64,000 bases of DNA, from positions 62,001 through 126,000 of the forward strand of contig CAVNZM010000012.1 in the NCBI GenBank assembly GCA_963693365.1, read 5' to 3'. This DNA comes from Amoebidium appalachense (lineage: Eukaryota; Protista; Ichthyosporea). Below the pieces are notes generated by a model, which saw nothing but the letters and a program-made list of their open reading frames with translations, was not told where the DNA came from and made no database searches. This document shows positions 1-31,800 of the stretch, one piece after another (the stretch's first letter is position 1; each line of letters starts with the position of its first letter). Position numbers and translations under genes: made by a program.

Positions 1-379
1 GATTGGATTCCTCGCGAACTCGGCTCATACCATTACATTTATTTGTAGATTGGCTTGATATAATTATTCTAGGGAATAATTCGATATATGATATATCGGA
101 ACCAAAAATGACAGCATGCCTTATAGAGGTACTCCATTCACTATACTAACCAGCCTTTCTCACTCTTATTGCTGCTTTTTACATGAAAGTACAGGTGCAT
201 TCTGTGGGTTAGTACCGACATGGTGACATTACGCGGGGGATTCCGAGAATTTCCGAGTCGACAGCTTTTATCACTACGGTAATTGCCGTGCATGACCTTT
301 ACCCAATCAACGTTTTTAAGGGCCCTTAAACACACAGGCTCCTTCGACGAATTCAGCCTAGTTTATGAAGTTGTATTGC

Positions 380-487
380 TGCGGACATCGTCAGGGGCCC
401 AGGCCTACTGTAACCCAAGTGTGTAAACCCAGGCCTACTGCGTTTTCCAGCGCAGCCAATCAAATGCAGCTAGTGACTTGTGTACAC
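380..487. repeat. Dispersed repeat (probable transposon end); inverted copy at ~26472-26560
   Basis: 432-487 ggcctactgcgttttccagcgcagccaatcaaatgcagctagtgacttgtgtaca is the reverse complement, with a few mismatches, of 26472-26526 tgtacatatgtcactggctgcatttgattggctgtgctggaaaacgcagtaggcc. Confidence 0.7.
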
Positions 488-895
488 TGTGTGCAATAAA
501 ACAACCCAATTGTAGTATAGATTATGGATAAGCAGTTCGAAGCTAGCATTGGTAGCTCCGAGAGAAAGCGTATCACAATATCATACTGTATATACTAGCC
601 ATTTCTTGGGCCCGCGGCCGCCCGCAGGGCAGCCGCATACGGGCCAGACACACATACACACAGACCGTGCACACACACACAAACACACAGACACACACAC
701 ACATGTGCGCACGCCAAGTCGCGCGCCAACATGTATCAAATCAAGCACCATCGTTAACCAGAAAAGGGTAGTCTTGAAACGGCTTGGCAACTCTGTGATT
801 GTGAAGTCTTGCCAATGCATGTGCATGGCCAACAACCCGCCAAACGGCACAGGCCTGACACACGTGCGCGCACCCGGCGCACGCAAGCACGTACT

Positions 896-1010
896 CAGGG
901 GTTAAAATTACAGTGCCACTTGGCAGTTAAAAAACCACCTGAAATCCGAAAAAAGCCACTTGACGCGAACCGCTAGTTCCACTGAAATCTGTGCCAGTGG
1001 CACTGTGAAA
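896..1010 (+). mobile_element. Truncated copy (left arm only) of the hAT-like MITE at 27005-27236
   Basis: Starts CAGGGG, then aaattacagtgccacttgg...ccacctgaaatccgaaaaaagccacttga...ccactgaa...gccagtgg, matching 27005-27110. No right arm is visible. Confidence 0.7.
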
Positions 1011-1090
1011 CTATATCTAGATCTCTTGGGCCAATAGGCTGGGTACAGATACTCTATCCACAGTACTGCAGATCTTGTAGATTCAAGGCT

Positions 1091-1739
1091 ATGTCCATAC
1101 TAGCCGACCCCAGACTGCTCCCAGCCGAACGGAGCCTCCTCAAGCTCAACAAGGGGCCCGCACAGGCAACCATCGGAGCCGTCAGAGGCAACACTCGTAG
1201 CCTATCCCTGGCTATGGGCACCCTGCCTACCATGACACGGCTACACCGACATCACCCCACCGTCGTTACACAGCCCACATGCCCCCGGTGCAGCCAGCAC
1301 CCTGAGATCACCACTCACCTCTGGGCCTGCCCGGCCCATGCCGGGGAGGTCCCCACCTTGACCACAGCCATCACAGCCTGCATCCACAACGTCCTGCACA
1401 CTCGTCATCCAAACACCCCCCGGCACAGCACCAACATACGGCAGCCACGGTGGTAGACCAATGTGCATGGATAATAACTGGATAGGAGGCAACGGTACCG
1501 GTGACCCACGAGACCCCGAAGACATCAAGTGGGTCGAACGGGGATTCTGCCCACGATCGGTGGGCCCACTACTTGCAGCCACCGGCACCACCAAGACCAC
1601 CACCCGGGCCATCTTAGGAAAAATCACAGTAGAGTTGCAGTCCTTTTTCTTTTCAAAAATTTGGCACCCACGGAACACAACACTCCCCCCCCACCCACCC
1701 CAAAATGCAAAAACACCACCATATACCCACCACCCGTAG
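1091..1739 (+). mobile_element. 5'-truncated, decayed non-LTR retrotransposon (L1/Tx1-like ORF2 C-terminus)
   Basis: TLPT...CPRC-x4-EITTHLWAC is the CCHC zf-RVT knuckle of LINE ORF2. After the stop at 1454-1456 a second frame gives FFSKIWHPRN (IWxxRN-like motif). No RT core is present. Confidence 0.75.
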
Positions 1740-2044
1740 AAAGAAACGTATGGCTCCCCAAAAACCCAAGACACACACAAATACACCCCCCACACACACC
1801 CGGCCAACCTGTTCTGACTGCCGGAACACACACAGACCCAGTGTGCCCTGTAAAACCCACCTTTTAGTTCACAAAAACATCGCCACAACATACGTACAAC
1901 AACACTTATAATGTTAGGCAGCAACCCCCCATCCCCACCACCACCACACCCCATCATCCACCCATACTCACCGTAAATACTATACACAACACTTAGGACT
2001 TCCCAATACTGTAGATCGACCAATGAGAGCCCTCGGTTAACGTT

Positions 2045-2269
2045 TATTGCTAATGCTTTGAATGGAGGGGAGGACTGGAGCCTCCTGCCGGCGTGGCTGG
2101 GGTAGTAGCCCTGGGCAAAGTGTGTACTTAAAGTTAGGTTGTGAAGGATGCTTTAGCTTAGCTGAACTCATAGAAAGCACCTTAACTAGTGTACTGTCGG
2201 TGCTGTGTGGTAGACGGTAGTTTCCCTAGAGGGCCTGCTCCGGGAACAAAACGTGATTAAAAAAAAAAA
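2045..2269 (+). mobile_element. Possible retroelement 3' end with poly(A) tail
   Basis: Complex non-repetitive sequence ending gtgatt followed by A11 (2259-2269). There is no coding evidence. Confidence 0.3.
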
Positions 2270-2298
2270 GGGGTTAGGGTTTAAACCCTAAACCCTAA
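2270..2298. repeat. Short inverted telomere-like repeat GGGTTAGGGTTT|AAACCCTAAACCCTAA
   Basis: TTAGGG/TTTAGGG-like units facing each other; tagggtttaaacccta is a perfect 16-bp palindrome. Confidence 0.55.
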
Positions 2299-2389
2299 AA
2301 AAAATAAAAAAAAATAAAAAAGGTTGGTCGGTGGTGGTGACGTGGAGGTGTTATGTGCATGTGTACGGTTGGGGTTGTGGGGGAGGGGT

Positions 2390-2429
<40 letters not shown>

Positions 2430-2788
2430 AGGGGGAAGGCAAAAGAAAGATCGGCATTTCATTGAAATCCGAAACGAACAAATATTCCGGTGCAGGAAAC
2501 CAATGTCTTATTAATTGAAATTAAAGTTAGGGTCTCGATGCAAGAAGGAAAAAAATGGAACGGGTTCGACGTGTTATCGTGTGGCCATCATGACCACGAC
2601 TTGCACACGTCTTTTTAGTCCCCGGTGTCTGAGGTTGGCGTCTTCCTGAAAATTCCACCTAACCTTCAAAACACTAAATACTCGAGAGAACTCGGGACGG
2701 CATCATCTCGATAATTGACGTGGGGCATAAAGGGCTTCGTTTCCCCTTTTTGTCTTTTTTTTCTCTTTCTTTCTCTTCTTGCGCAAAT

Positions 2789-2822
<34 letters not shown>

Positions 2823-2827
2823 CCTCC

Positions 2828-2909
<82 letters not shown>

Positions 2910-3232
2910 CTCGCCCGCGTGCATGTGCACGTGTGCGTTTGGGCAAACATGTGCACACATCTGCACCTAAGTGTGTGTGCGCGCGTGTAGCAGGTGTACG
3001 CGTGCATGATGTGTGTGTGTGTGTGTGTCATGCGTGTGCATGTATGGGTACAGATGCCGTCCGCCATATGCATTAATAAAAGACCCCACCCCCCCAATGG
3101 TGGTCACGGTGTGAATTCTTATTTTTTGGGACAGTAGCTGTAATGTTCTTAATGGCGGTATGGCCGCATTATGATTTACTAGTCAGCCCGCCATTAATCA
3201 TCACAAAATCTGGCCGTGGTGAATATTCTTCA

Positions 3233-3263
<31 letters not shown>

Positions 3264-3368
3264 CGTCCACTAGCGCCTGATTGGCAGGGACGACGGTATC
3301 TGTAACCGGTGGTTGCGGTGGCGGTTCCAGTACTGTGGTTGTCTGACGGTGCACGTGTGTGTGTGCGC

Positions 3369-3409
<41 letters not shown>

Positions 3410-3859
3410 GGGAGGGGGAGGGATTGAGGTGAAGGGCCTGTATTTACAGGTCCACCAAACTTGCAGACTGCCAACATGCCATATGGCCAATCAAAAGCTG
3501 GGCTATAGGCACCACATGGAACTACCATGCAGATGATGGTATAAGGCAATGCCTGAATGAATACTCCTATATTCAATTCATTTCGTGCTTGTGCTAGGTA
3601 CCAACCGCATACTCTTTATAATGCTACAGTGTGCATGGATTGGCCACTGGCAAACATTAAAAATACGTGTTATGTGTATAGACAAAACACAAATACTCTG
3701 AAACAGTCCATGTACATCATTCATGCAGATATTTTATGTTCATCGAGTGCTATCCAGCGTCCACAATATCTACACGCACACTTCCTATCCCATGCAGCGT
3801 CCAAATAATCTACACAAACTATATTCCATGCACAAATGCTGTGCGCAGCATTTGGACAG

Positions 3860-3992
3860 TATCCACATTTAATAAAGTGGTATCCAGAATGTATACGTAT
3901 TTAATATTAAAAAATAACGTGGTATCCCAGAATGTATACGTATCTAATAACGTGGGATCCCAGAATATATACGTATCTAATAACGTGGTACT
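3860..3992. repeat. Degenerate ~33-bp minisatellite downstream of the polymerase stop
   Basis: Unit aataacgtggtatcccagaatgtatacgtatct, about 4 imperfect copies. Confidence 0.8.
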
Positions 3993-4060
3993 CAGAATTT
4001 CTACACATCGACGTGGGGACTATTCCATGAAGTGCCCAGAATATCCAAATTTTTGACTAT

Positions 4061-22551
<18,491 letters not shown>

Positions 22552-23112
22552 GTTGTTTATGTACAATACCCAAAAGTGTGTTGTGCGCAAAACCTACAGA
22601 GTTGAAGGTACGGGGTGACTACTTGCTAGCCCACAGGCGGCAGGGACACCAGAAGCGCATTATCGGTGGCGAATGCATACGCACAATATAGCTCTTATGA
22701 TGTGCCCCTAGATCTAGAGCACGCATGTCACTTTGCTGGGCCACTACACGGAACGGTGACACGATATCGATGAGCCAGAGCTAGCTGCCAGCAACGGGCA
22801 ACCTGCTGACCTGCGTTTGATTGGGTACTTGGTGGCATTCAAAATAGCCGCCTTTGTCAATGAGCCAATCATAGCTTTTAAACCATATTTAGTAACGTTT
22901 TACTTTGTCTCATTCGTTATGTACAATATTTACGCAAATGAGTCTATCCGTGGTAACTTCCGTTTGCCTCTACCACGAGCAAACCTTTTGTACATACAAC
23001 ACAGCTTATAGGCCTTGGTTACCACCGTTTACCCGGACACATCGACGCTCTGGTCATCAGCACTTGCTCGTCCGTGGATCCAGCCCATTTGCGCCATCAA
23101 CCCCTTAGCACA
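22552..23112. promoter_or_regulatory. Probable bidirectional promoter between the polymerase and the methyltransferase
   Basis: 561 bp between divergent ATGs (22551 minus, 23113 plus), free of microsatellites, with oppositely oriented CCAAT boxes (ATTGG 22820-22824, CCAAT 22865-22869). Confidence 0.55.
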
Positions 23113-23971
23113 ATGGCGCCGCCGTGGGTGCTCCACCTCCCCCTGCGCCTCCTCCAGCCGCCTGTTACGTGCCGGCGCTTGCACCAGATAGCCGCAAAGG
23201 GCTTTGGCCTGCAGACGGACGCCTATGACGCTGCCCGACCCCGCTACCCGCAGGAGGCAGTGGCATGCCTAGGGGAGGCACTGAGACTGGTGCCCACGTC
23301 ACACGTGGTCGAGGTGGGCGCTGGCACGGGCCTGTTCACACGGGCTCTGCTTGCTGCCTACCCCACAATGAGCAAGACCATAATCCCCGTCGAGCCCTCG
23401 GCACCTATGCGGGCCAAGTTTGCACACAACTTCCCTGCTCTGGAGGTGATGGAGGGCACAGGGGGCCCGCCTGCCCGTAGGGGACGCCACACAGGACGCA
23501 GTGATCGTGGCGCAGGCCTTCCACTGGTTCGCGAACACCGACACCATTGCCGAGTTTGCACGGGTGCTCAGGCCAGGGGGCGGGGTGGGGTTGCTGTGGA
23601 ACCTGGAGGACGGGAGGGTGCCGTGGGTGCAGGCAATACGCAACGTCTATGAGCGCTATGAGGCAGGAACGCCGCAGTACAGGCTGGGCCTGTGGAAGCA
23701 CGTGCTAGGCACTCAGGAGTACACGGCGGTGTTTACACCCTGGCAGTCGAGGATGTTTGAGTTTTCACTGACACTAACGGAGGAGATGGTGTGGCGGCGA
23801 GTTCTGAGCAAGAGCTACATCGCAGTGCTGGCTGGAGACGAGCAGAGGCAGGTCGAGAGGGAGATACGCGGCATACTGCGTGACATGGTCCCCGAATTTA
23901 GAAAAGGTGACCCACAGGCCGTGGCGGAGTACAGGCACACCTGCGAAGTTGTGTGGTTCCACAGGCGTTGA
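23113..23971 (+). CDS. Intronless class I SAM-dependent methyltransferase (Methyltransf_11-like) with an apparent +1 frameshift at the G-run 23461-23465
   Basis: YDAARPRYP, motif I VVEVGAGTGLFT, VEPSAPM. The next frame gives ARLPVGDATQDAVIVAQAFHWF, EFARVLRPGG, LLWN, ending TGA at 23971. Removing one G joins the two ORFs into one. Confidence 0.88.
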
Positions 23972-25059
23972 GCAGCAGCATGCATGTGTGGGTACTGCAG
24001 CCGGGTTAGCTTCCGGCTGGACGGTGAGGTTTTATGCGGCGCACAGGTTACGACAGGGTTCAATGGCCGTGCTCGAACAGAAGTCAGGGGGCTTGGGTGT
24101 GCCCCTCAGACTGGCGGCCACCAGCAAGGCACAGTGTATGGCCTTGTACAACCTGTTCAAGTTGCACGCGTGCACTTGCGCAGCCTGTTGCTCTGTTTCT
24201 TCTTGTGTGGCTCGCGATCAGTGTTGCTATGTGTCTGCGTACACATGCTCTTCGCTATTAGAACTTTCTTCTACGTTCTCTAAGAATCAAAGCACTTCGC
24301 TGTTAGAACTTTCTTCTACGATCTCTATTTATTGATAGTGCAGTATCATAAGCTATGAAGATTAGGTCAAATGGCATCCTTGACGTATGACGTACACAGT
24401 AAATGCGCTATCCGATACGGGAGAAAGTGAAGTTCACATATACATGCCACAACCATGCACTATCGGCTACACTGTAAAAAAGGACACACACTTGGCGTCT
24501 ACGTACACTTATACTTCGCCTTCGAGCTGTAGCATTCGCTGTTGGACACTTTCTTTGTACGTACTCTTAAGTTTGATGTTGCAGTACCGTGAAATTTCGA
24601 GCATAGAAAGCCCAAGCACTTTCTTTGTATATACCATGTACACAGTAGTTGAACACTCTTTTTTCCCATATACACCAACACCCTGCACATGAACTATCAG
24701 CTACACGTGTGCACGTTCAAGGACACGCCGAAATTGTCATAGATCCTGATTAACGTACCACTCAACGGTTGGGTAAGCCTGTGTCCGGCAATTAGAGAAC
24801 GCATTCAAAGGACTGTTACGAATGCAAAAATTGACAACGGTTGTCTTTGGCAATTCAATTGTTTAACTCCAGTGTGCAGGACTGGTCTGAAGGCTTAAGA
24901 AAACAACGAGGAAATGGGGTCCAGTGGAGGTGGTGGTGGTGTTCTGTGTGTGTGTGTACACGTGCACGTATGTGTGTGGTTTTTTTAAGGGGTGAGTGGT
25001 GGTGGTGGTGGTGGTGGTGGTCACCGTGGTGGTGGTGTGTGTGTCTGGTGTGTGTGTGT

Positions 25060-25115
<56 letters not shown>

Positions 25116-26471
25116 TAGAAAGAAAAACTGCTCGTGGGTCACTGTTTTTCGTCACTGTATTTGTAACGGGCCGCTCATATTTATATAACTACTTTAATTT
25201 AAGTACACGTGTTCATTATCATATACGATGGCCAAATATAGAAATTTTGGCGTCGAAGTTCTTGGAGCTAAAAAAACGTTTAAAAGGGGGAAATAATAGC
25301 TTGGCCCCAAATTTACCTTGCCGTTTTTAGCGAATGTATTTTTTATTCATGAGTTCTAGTGATTCAGTGAGTGCACGTGCCTGCCTCAGGCTGATCATGA
25401 CAACTGCAACACACCATTCCTACATGGATATCAACCAAAAGAAAATAGTATATACTGTGGTGGTCTCCTAAACCTTGTGCGGCATGCGCATACATGATAT
25501 TACAGTGACGCATGTGCATATTATTGTTCTGTACACCGGAGTGTGCCGGTGCACGTGGCTGTTTTGTGCACATGTTACAATAGCAGCACGATCTCCCTAA
25601 ACTCCATGTTTACACATCCCTCACCCTGGCTCTGCCTTGTCGGTGCTCCAAAACACACATACAAATCCCCCTAGACTCAGTGCCTGCACATGGTCGCATT
25701 CACGTGCAGGTCACGTGACACATGCGATGCCATACTGCCGTCTACAGCAACAACCACGGCAGCATGTATACCGGCCCAGCACGAAATATACTTATCGGCA
25801 GCCCACTGAACTCGCCCATTTTCTCTTTTTCATGTATGTCCCTCCTTTTTTGTAAAATCACCCTTTTTGGCCTCCCGGTAGTGGATTTTGCAGGATTTGA
25901 CTTCTTTGAGGTCCAAAAACCTCAAATTTTCCCCGGCGGGGCCGGGGAGGGAGAATTCAAAAATTGCCCGCTCCTGATATGGTACCCGGGCCCAATCGAC
26001 CATGGCCTCGGTAGCTCCAGGCCCCCCCCAGAAGAATCATGGAATTGCGGCGATCGGTCTCCGGGCGGTTTTAACGACTAAATGTTCAAAACTAAATTTC
26101 CTCATATACCATATATGGTATATGAGACTATTGGTCCGTTATATCTCCACCAATCACATTGAGTGCGGCCGTGAACCATGCATGTGCATAACGGCAGATC
26201 GTAATCCCCCATACTCCCTAACTCCCGATACTCAGTGGGGGTCGATAATCCTTCATATGAAATTTGATCAATTACATAGTGAAATTTCAAAATGAACCCT
26301 TTCTCCTTAAGATGACTATCCTAGATCACCTTATTAATGCTGCACAGTATGATATTGTGATCCGGTGCCTTAACTTTCTTTCGGAGCTACCGATGCTAGC
26401 CTCTGCTTACCCATAATATGTAATAGGGGTGTCAGATACTCAGTGACGATGGCGCTCATTGTTGCCTAGCA

Positions 26472-26560
26472 TGTACATATGTCACTGGCTGCATTTGATT
26501 GGCTGTGCTGGAAAACGCAGTAGGCCGTCGAATGTGGCTGGGCCTCCGGCAGTGTCCACG
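26472..26560. repeat. Dispersed repeat, inverted copy of 380-487, within a TE-rich intergenic block (~24.3-28.1 kb)
   Basis: Direct sequence match to the reverse complement of 432-487. Confidence 0.7.
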
Positions 26561-27004
26561 CAATAAAAAGTGTGTAAACCCCCGGGCAGAACTCATATGA
26601 AAAACAGGGTTACATCGAGAGTGAAAAGATAGCCTGATTATGCGCTATAGCCATAATTTTTGAATAACAATTATGTAAATAGTGTTTTCTAAAAACTTTT
26701 GGTACAGAAAAATTATAACTCAATTGGTTCGGCGTCAGCGACTAAAAAACCAACTCTTCACCAAAATCCGGTACGTTTTTACATAGAGTACGTTTAATAA
26801 TAGAGATTGTTGAGTCATAAAAATTCTGTACCGAACGTTTTATGTTCATACTATATACTTCTCATTCCCATCGTCAAACATGCTCTAGCGTATTATCAGG
26901 CTACCTTTTCGTCTTTTATATACTTGCTTATATAGGTCACGCGCGGGTGATACAAAACATTTGTGTAGCATTTTTGCCCTCCTCTACGGCCGCGGCCCCG
27001 CCGG

Positions 27005-27236
27005 CAGGGGCAGAAATTACAGTGCCACTTGGACCTAAAAACGCCACCTGAAACCCGAAAAAAGCCACTTGAAGTGGAGCGCCAGGTCCACTGAATTCAG
27101 AGCCAGTGGACCCAAAAACCATAAATATATATATTTAACCCAGTGGAGTGGAAGTGGAATACAGGCAAAGTTGCCAAAATATATATGCGCCACCTTTCAA
27201 ACAAGCCGTGACTCCCAAAACATACTTCAAGCCCTG
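27005..27236. mobile_element. hAT-superfamily MITE (232 bp)
   Basis: Perfect 8-bp TSD cccgccgg at 26997-27004 and 27237-27244; CAGGG...CCCTG termini with imperfect TIRs; a second copy starts at 896. Confidence 0.88.
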
Positions 27237-28294
27237 CCCGCCGGCCCGTGCTTACGCGTGAGCCTCAGGTGAGCCACAGTTGGGAAATTCTAAATCCTGG
27301 CGGGAAAAACATTATCCGAGCTCAATGAAGTCTGCTGCAGCTATAATTTTTTTTGGGGGGGTATATTGAGAGAAAGAGAAAAAACCGAAGAGAAATAATG
27401 AAAAGAGGGAACATAGCATTTAGAAAAAACCCATCGCCGCCCGATCACGGTGACGTGTCGTCATGAGCCGCATGTGATCCCCCCCAGATCCTCAATTGTG
27501 AGGCTGATCGTAGCTTTTCGTAACTAGCTTTCCGGAACATTTTCTTAATAGAAACATTTAGCGCAATAAAAATGAAGCCTTGCCAAACCAGCAACTCATT
27601 ATCAACTGTGTAATTGACGTTTGTGCTATACGTAGATGCATACGTTCAAACTTTGTAACAAAACTTTCCATGGCTAAAATTTCTTAATCCCGAAAATCCG
27701 GTCAAAAGAAAAAAACCCAGGAAATTTCTGATGCCCCGGCGAGCGCCGTGACACCCGCAAGCACGGGAAAGAGTTTTGGGAGACTGGTAACGCAAACTCT
27801 AAGCCAATCATTTTTTAGATGCTTTTTAGAACCTTGATTCAAAGCGGCCCAAAGCTGCTTTTCGTTTTTCATTTCTAACCTTTTTTTGGTTATTCGCAAT
27901 TGCAACACGCAATGCGATTGGTCAGTTTGTGAAACGTTTAGGCCAATCAGAGCAGGGCAGGGACGATGAAATCCATGGTTTTGTCCTCCCTTAAATACGA
28001 ACACCCCATAGGCCTGCTGTACATACAGCCACACCCCAACTAATTGATTTTTCTTAGTCTTTATGGTGTCTCGTAGAGAAAGTAAACCCTGATATATAGT
28101 CATCACCCGACATCTATGTACGTGATCATGTGATTCATGATATACCGCTGAGGGGATATTCCACGCACAAACCCCCCATACCTGAGACTGGTCTCTCTTT
28201 GCCTCGAGTAAACAGCGTAAACCCCCACAGCCACATCACCTTAGCTCGTTGTGAATGCCTTGTTTTCCTGCACGCAAGCAATATTCAATGTACA

Positions 28295-28446
28295 AAGAAG
28301 CAAGTTTCAGGCACACAGGAAGCCAGTGAAGAGGAACACAGCGCTAGCAGCGCATCAATACGCAGAGCCAAAGAAGCAAGGTTCGGGCACACAGGAAGCC
28401 AGTGAACAGGACCACAGCGCTAGCAGCGCGTCAATACGCAGAGCCA
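28295..28446. repeat. 76-bp tandem duplication downstream of 14-3-3
   Basis: aagaagcaag.ttc.ggcacacaggaagccagtgaa.agga.cacagcgctagcagcgc.tcaatacgcagagcca, two copies. Confidence 0.9.
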
Positions 28447-28810
28447 TGCATATGCAAAGGCATTATCACAAGTACAGGAAAAGGAGAGGCAACTCTGTAC
28501 TCACCGATTTCACAGATGAAAAGACGTTCCCAAATCATAAAGTGAGGCAAGAGCACACGGTGCAAGATTTATTTACTCAACGTGTGCGCCGCCTCCAAGA
28601 GCGGGCCATAAACTAGAACCCTCGGGCCCATGGCCGGCCAGCACGGCCCTCGTTCGCAAGTAGGTCAACAATATACTATGTTCCTCAGCACACCGCCAAA
28701 AGGGCCGGTGGGCTGGGGCTTGCTGGCTATATGTCACACGGCCATAGCGGCCTTTGCACAAACAAACACATATTTTCAATCAGCAAATACGGTGCATTCG
28801 TAAAGGCTCT

Positions 28811-31800
28811 TTATGCCGCATCCTTCTTGTCCTCCTCCTCCTTGCCCTCCTCGTTTGCTGTGGAAACAACAGTGTCAGTCCATTAGGCACCCGCCAATCA
28901 AAAGACGCAGTTCGCAAAAAGAGCGACTGGAGAGCTATATTCCCACGAACTAACAGGTACCATTAAAAACGACAAACAAAAAGGCCCAGAAGAGGGTTAA
29001 ATGATGCTAGCAGCCACAAGCCTAACATTAACCATGGACAAACCCATTTGATAGCTAGGGCACAGCACACATACCTTGCATATCGGAGGTCCAGAGTGTG
29101 AGGTTGTCGCGCAGCAGCTGCATGATGAGCGTGCTGTCCTTGTAGTCCTCCTCCTTCAGTGAGTCCAGCTCGGCAATAGCATCGTCAAACGCCTGCAGCA
29201 CACACACCGTCAGAAAACAGTCGAACAATCGGGGAGGCAGGAGAGGGAGGAAGGGGAGGGTGGGAGGCACTGAGGAATTACTAAGAGAGGCAAGCACGGC
29301 CCGAGGTAAGAAATAAATGTAGCCACACAAGGTCATCGATATTGGCAAGCCTCGTACACGAAGTATGGTTCCGTGTGTGGGAAATAGTGCTCAACGTGTA
29401 CAACTATGCAGTTGGCCTCCTGCATCAAACACCTCCCCCCCCCCCCCCCCTCCTCCTTCCCTCCCCACACACATACACAATAAAATGCACACACACTCAG
29501 ACAGCTTAGTCAACATGGCCCAGAGCACCCAGAAAGAGCGTAAATCGTAAGAAGAGCCCATCCTTAGACCCTCACCTTCACGGGCAACCCCTCCCCCCCT
29601 CCCCTCCCGTGAAGGGGAGGTGGTACACATTACACATGGAAGGTAAACACATACACCATGTTGTACTTGCAACCAGCGTGCACGCCACGGAAACTAAAAC
29701 CGGGCCCATCCCCACAACCCCCTTTGCTTCCGACCTTGGAGGTTGTGTAAAAGCAGCAATCCAGAACAGAAGGGATCAGATAAATCGTGTGACCGCATGC
29801 AAATATTGGCCAAAGATAAAAGCTCGTGCAAAGAAGCAGAGAATTAAACAAGACGGGGGGAGGGGGGGGGGGGGGGGGGAGGGGGTGTTGCCACTTACGA
29901 AGCATTAAAAGCAATAAGGATTGGACAAACATCCCCCCCCCCCCCCACTCCCTTCCACACAGAAGGGAGAGTATGCTTTATCGGGGGGAAGGGGGGGTAT
30001 CTTAACATACACAAATATTGAGGAGCCCAAGAATATCCATAAAACGTAAAAAGGGAGAGGTGTGGGAGGTGCATTACTGAATACATGACAAAGGGGGCTA
30101 AAACATCTCTGACCACGTGATAGACCCACCACCAGGGCAACCGAGCCGAGGGGGGGGGGGGGGGGTTTGAATGCGGAACACAGTACGAAGTACGCATACA
30201 CGATGAGAAGCATGGTGCAGGACACATGCAAAGGCAAACATTCAAGTATGCAGCATCAGCCATGCGCACAGTATGCGTCATAAGCAGAGCCCATCCTCAG
30301 GGAGGGCCCAAGTCATCAATTGCGTCTGAGTTTCGACCCCTTAGCCCGCGTATATACGACGCTCCAACTCAGACAGCAGCATCAACTGAACTTGGGTGGG
30401 TCAACCCGTCTTGATCAAAGACGAGCAGGGTTGCTTATGCAAGCAAGGTGAGCAAAACGGTGAAGATGTATGTGCAAACTAATGCAGTGCAGCGACAAAC
30501 GCGTATGTGCTTACAGATGCACGACACAGAGCAACCATGCCCGGTTGCATGGAAGTAAAGATGTCTCGGGGGGGGGGGGGGGGGGGGGGGACACTGCACG
30601 AGGCTACAAAAAAGCAATACCGAAACAAACTCGCCCCACTGTAAAAGGCTAAAAGGAAAAGAAATGTACCTGCTTGGCCAAGTGGCAGGCACGGTCCGGG
30701 GAGTTCAGAATCTCGTAGTAGAAGACGGAGAAGTTAAGGGCAAGACCCAGGCGGATAGGGTGTGTGGGTGGCAACTCGGTGGTGGCAATGTCTGCAAAAC
30801 GAAACATCAGTTAGAACCTCAGCCTTTCACCACCACCACCACCCCTTCCCTTTGCCCTGAGGCAGCACACACCTGAGGCGGCCTTGTATGCGGCCAGGGA
30901 CTGGTCGGCAGCCTCTTTTCTGTCGTTGCCGGTGGCGAACTCGGCAGTGTAACGGTAGTAGTCACCCTTCATCTTGTAGTAGAACACCTTGGACTCACCA
31001 GTGCTTGCGTTGGGGATGAGGTGCTTGTCCAGGACCTCCATGACGTCTGCAGGGGTGCCAAACGTAAGACCCAAAAGAAACAAAGGAACAAAACCACAAC
31101 AACTTGGAAAAGAGACATACCGGCGCAAGTCTTCTTGAGCTCAGTCTCGATGGTAGAGCGGTACTCCTTAATGATGGCAAGCTTCTTCTCGTTACCCTTG
31201 CTCTCCTCCTTCTGCTCGATGCTGGAGATGATGCGCCATGAGGCACGGCGGGCACCAATGACGTTCTTGTATGCCACCGACAGGAGGTTGCGCTCCTCAA
31301 CAGTCAGCTCGACGTTGAGGGCGGCCACCTTCTTCATGGCATCAACCATCTCTGTCAGGCACACTCTGGTCAATGAAAGAGAAACGAAGAGGGCAGGAGA
31401 GTACAGACACGGCTTCACCGCAGATGTAGTTCAACGAAACCACAGTGGGATCGTCAACATAGATCGGAAATATCTAAAAGTGTTTTCATCACCACATCTG
31501 CTTGTGACCAAGGGTACATGTAAACCGAAAGCAAAATTAAGAGACAGCACAAGAATCTAGTGCAAAACGGTCCGTGCATGATCTTGAAGTGTGGTGCAAC
31601 GACGCGTGTGTGTGTTGTCAATTGGCGTTGTGTGGGTGGGTGTGTGCAGGTACGCGTGCTGTGGGTGTGTGTGCGCGCGCATTGGTCAGCATGCATCCTT
31701 GTGCGGGTGTGTGGATGTGTGCTCGGTTGCTAAAAGGTGGTGGGAGTAAGGGACAAAGAACAATGCTAGATGTAATTCTGGCGCTAATAGTACAACAGGA

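Noticed and set aside
2666-3576. Minus-strand gene downstream of the polymerase
   Set aside because: The ORFs are repeat-driven and the non-repeat segments give no coherent protein.
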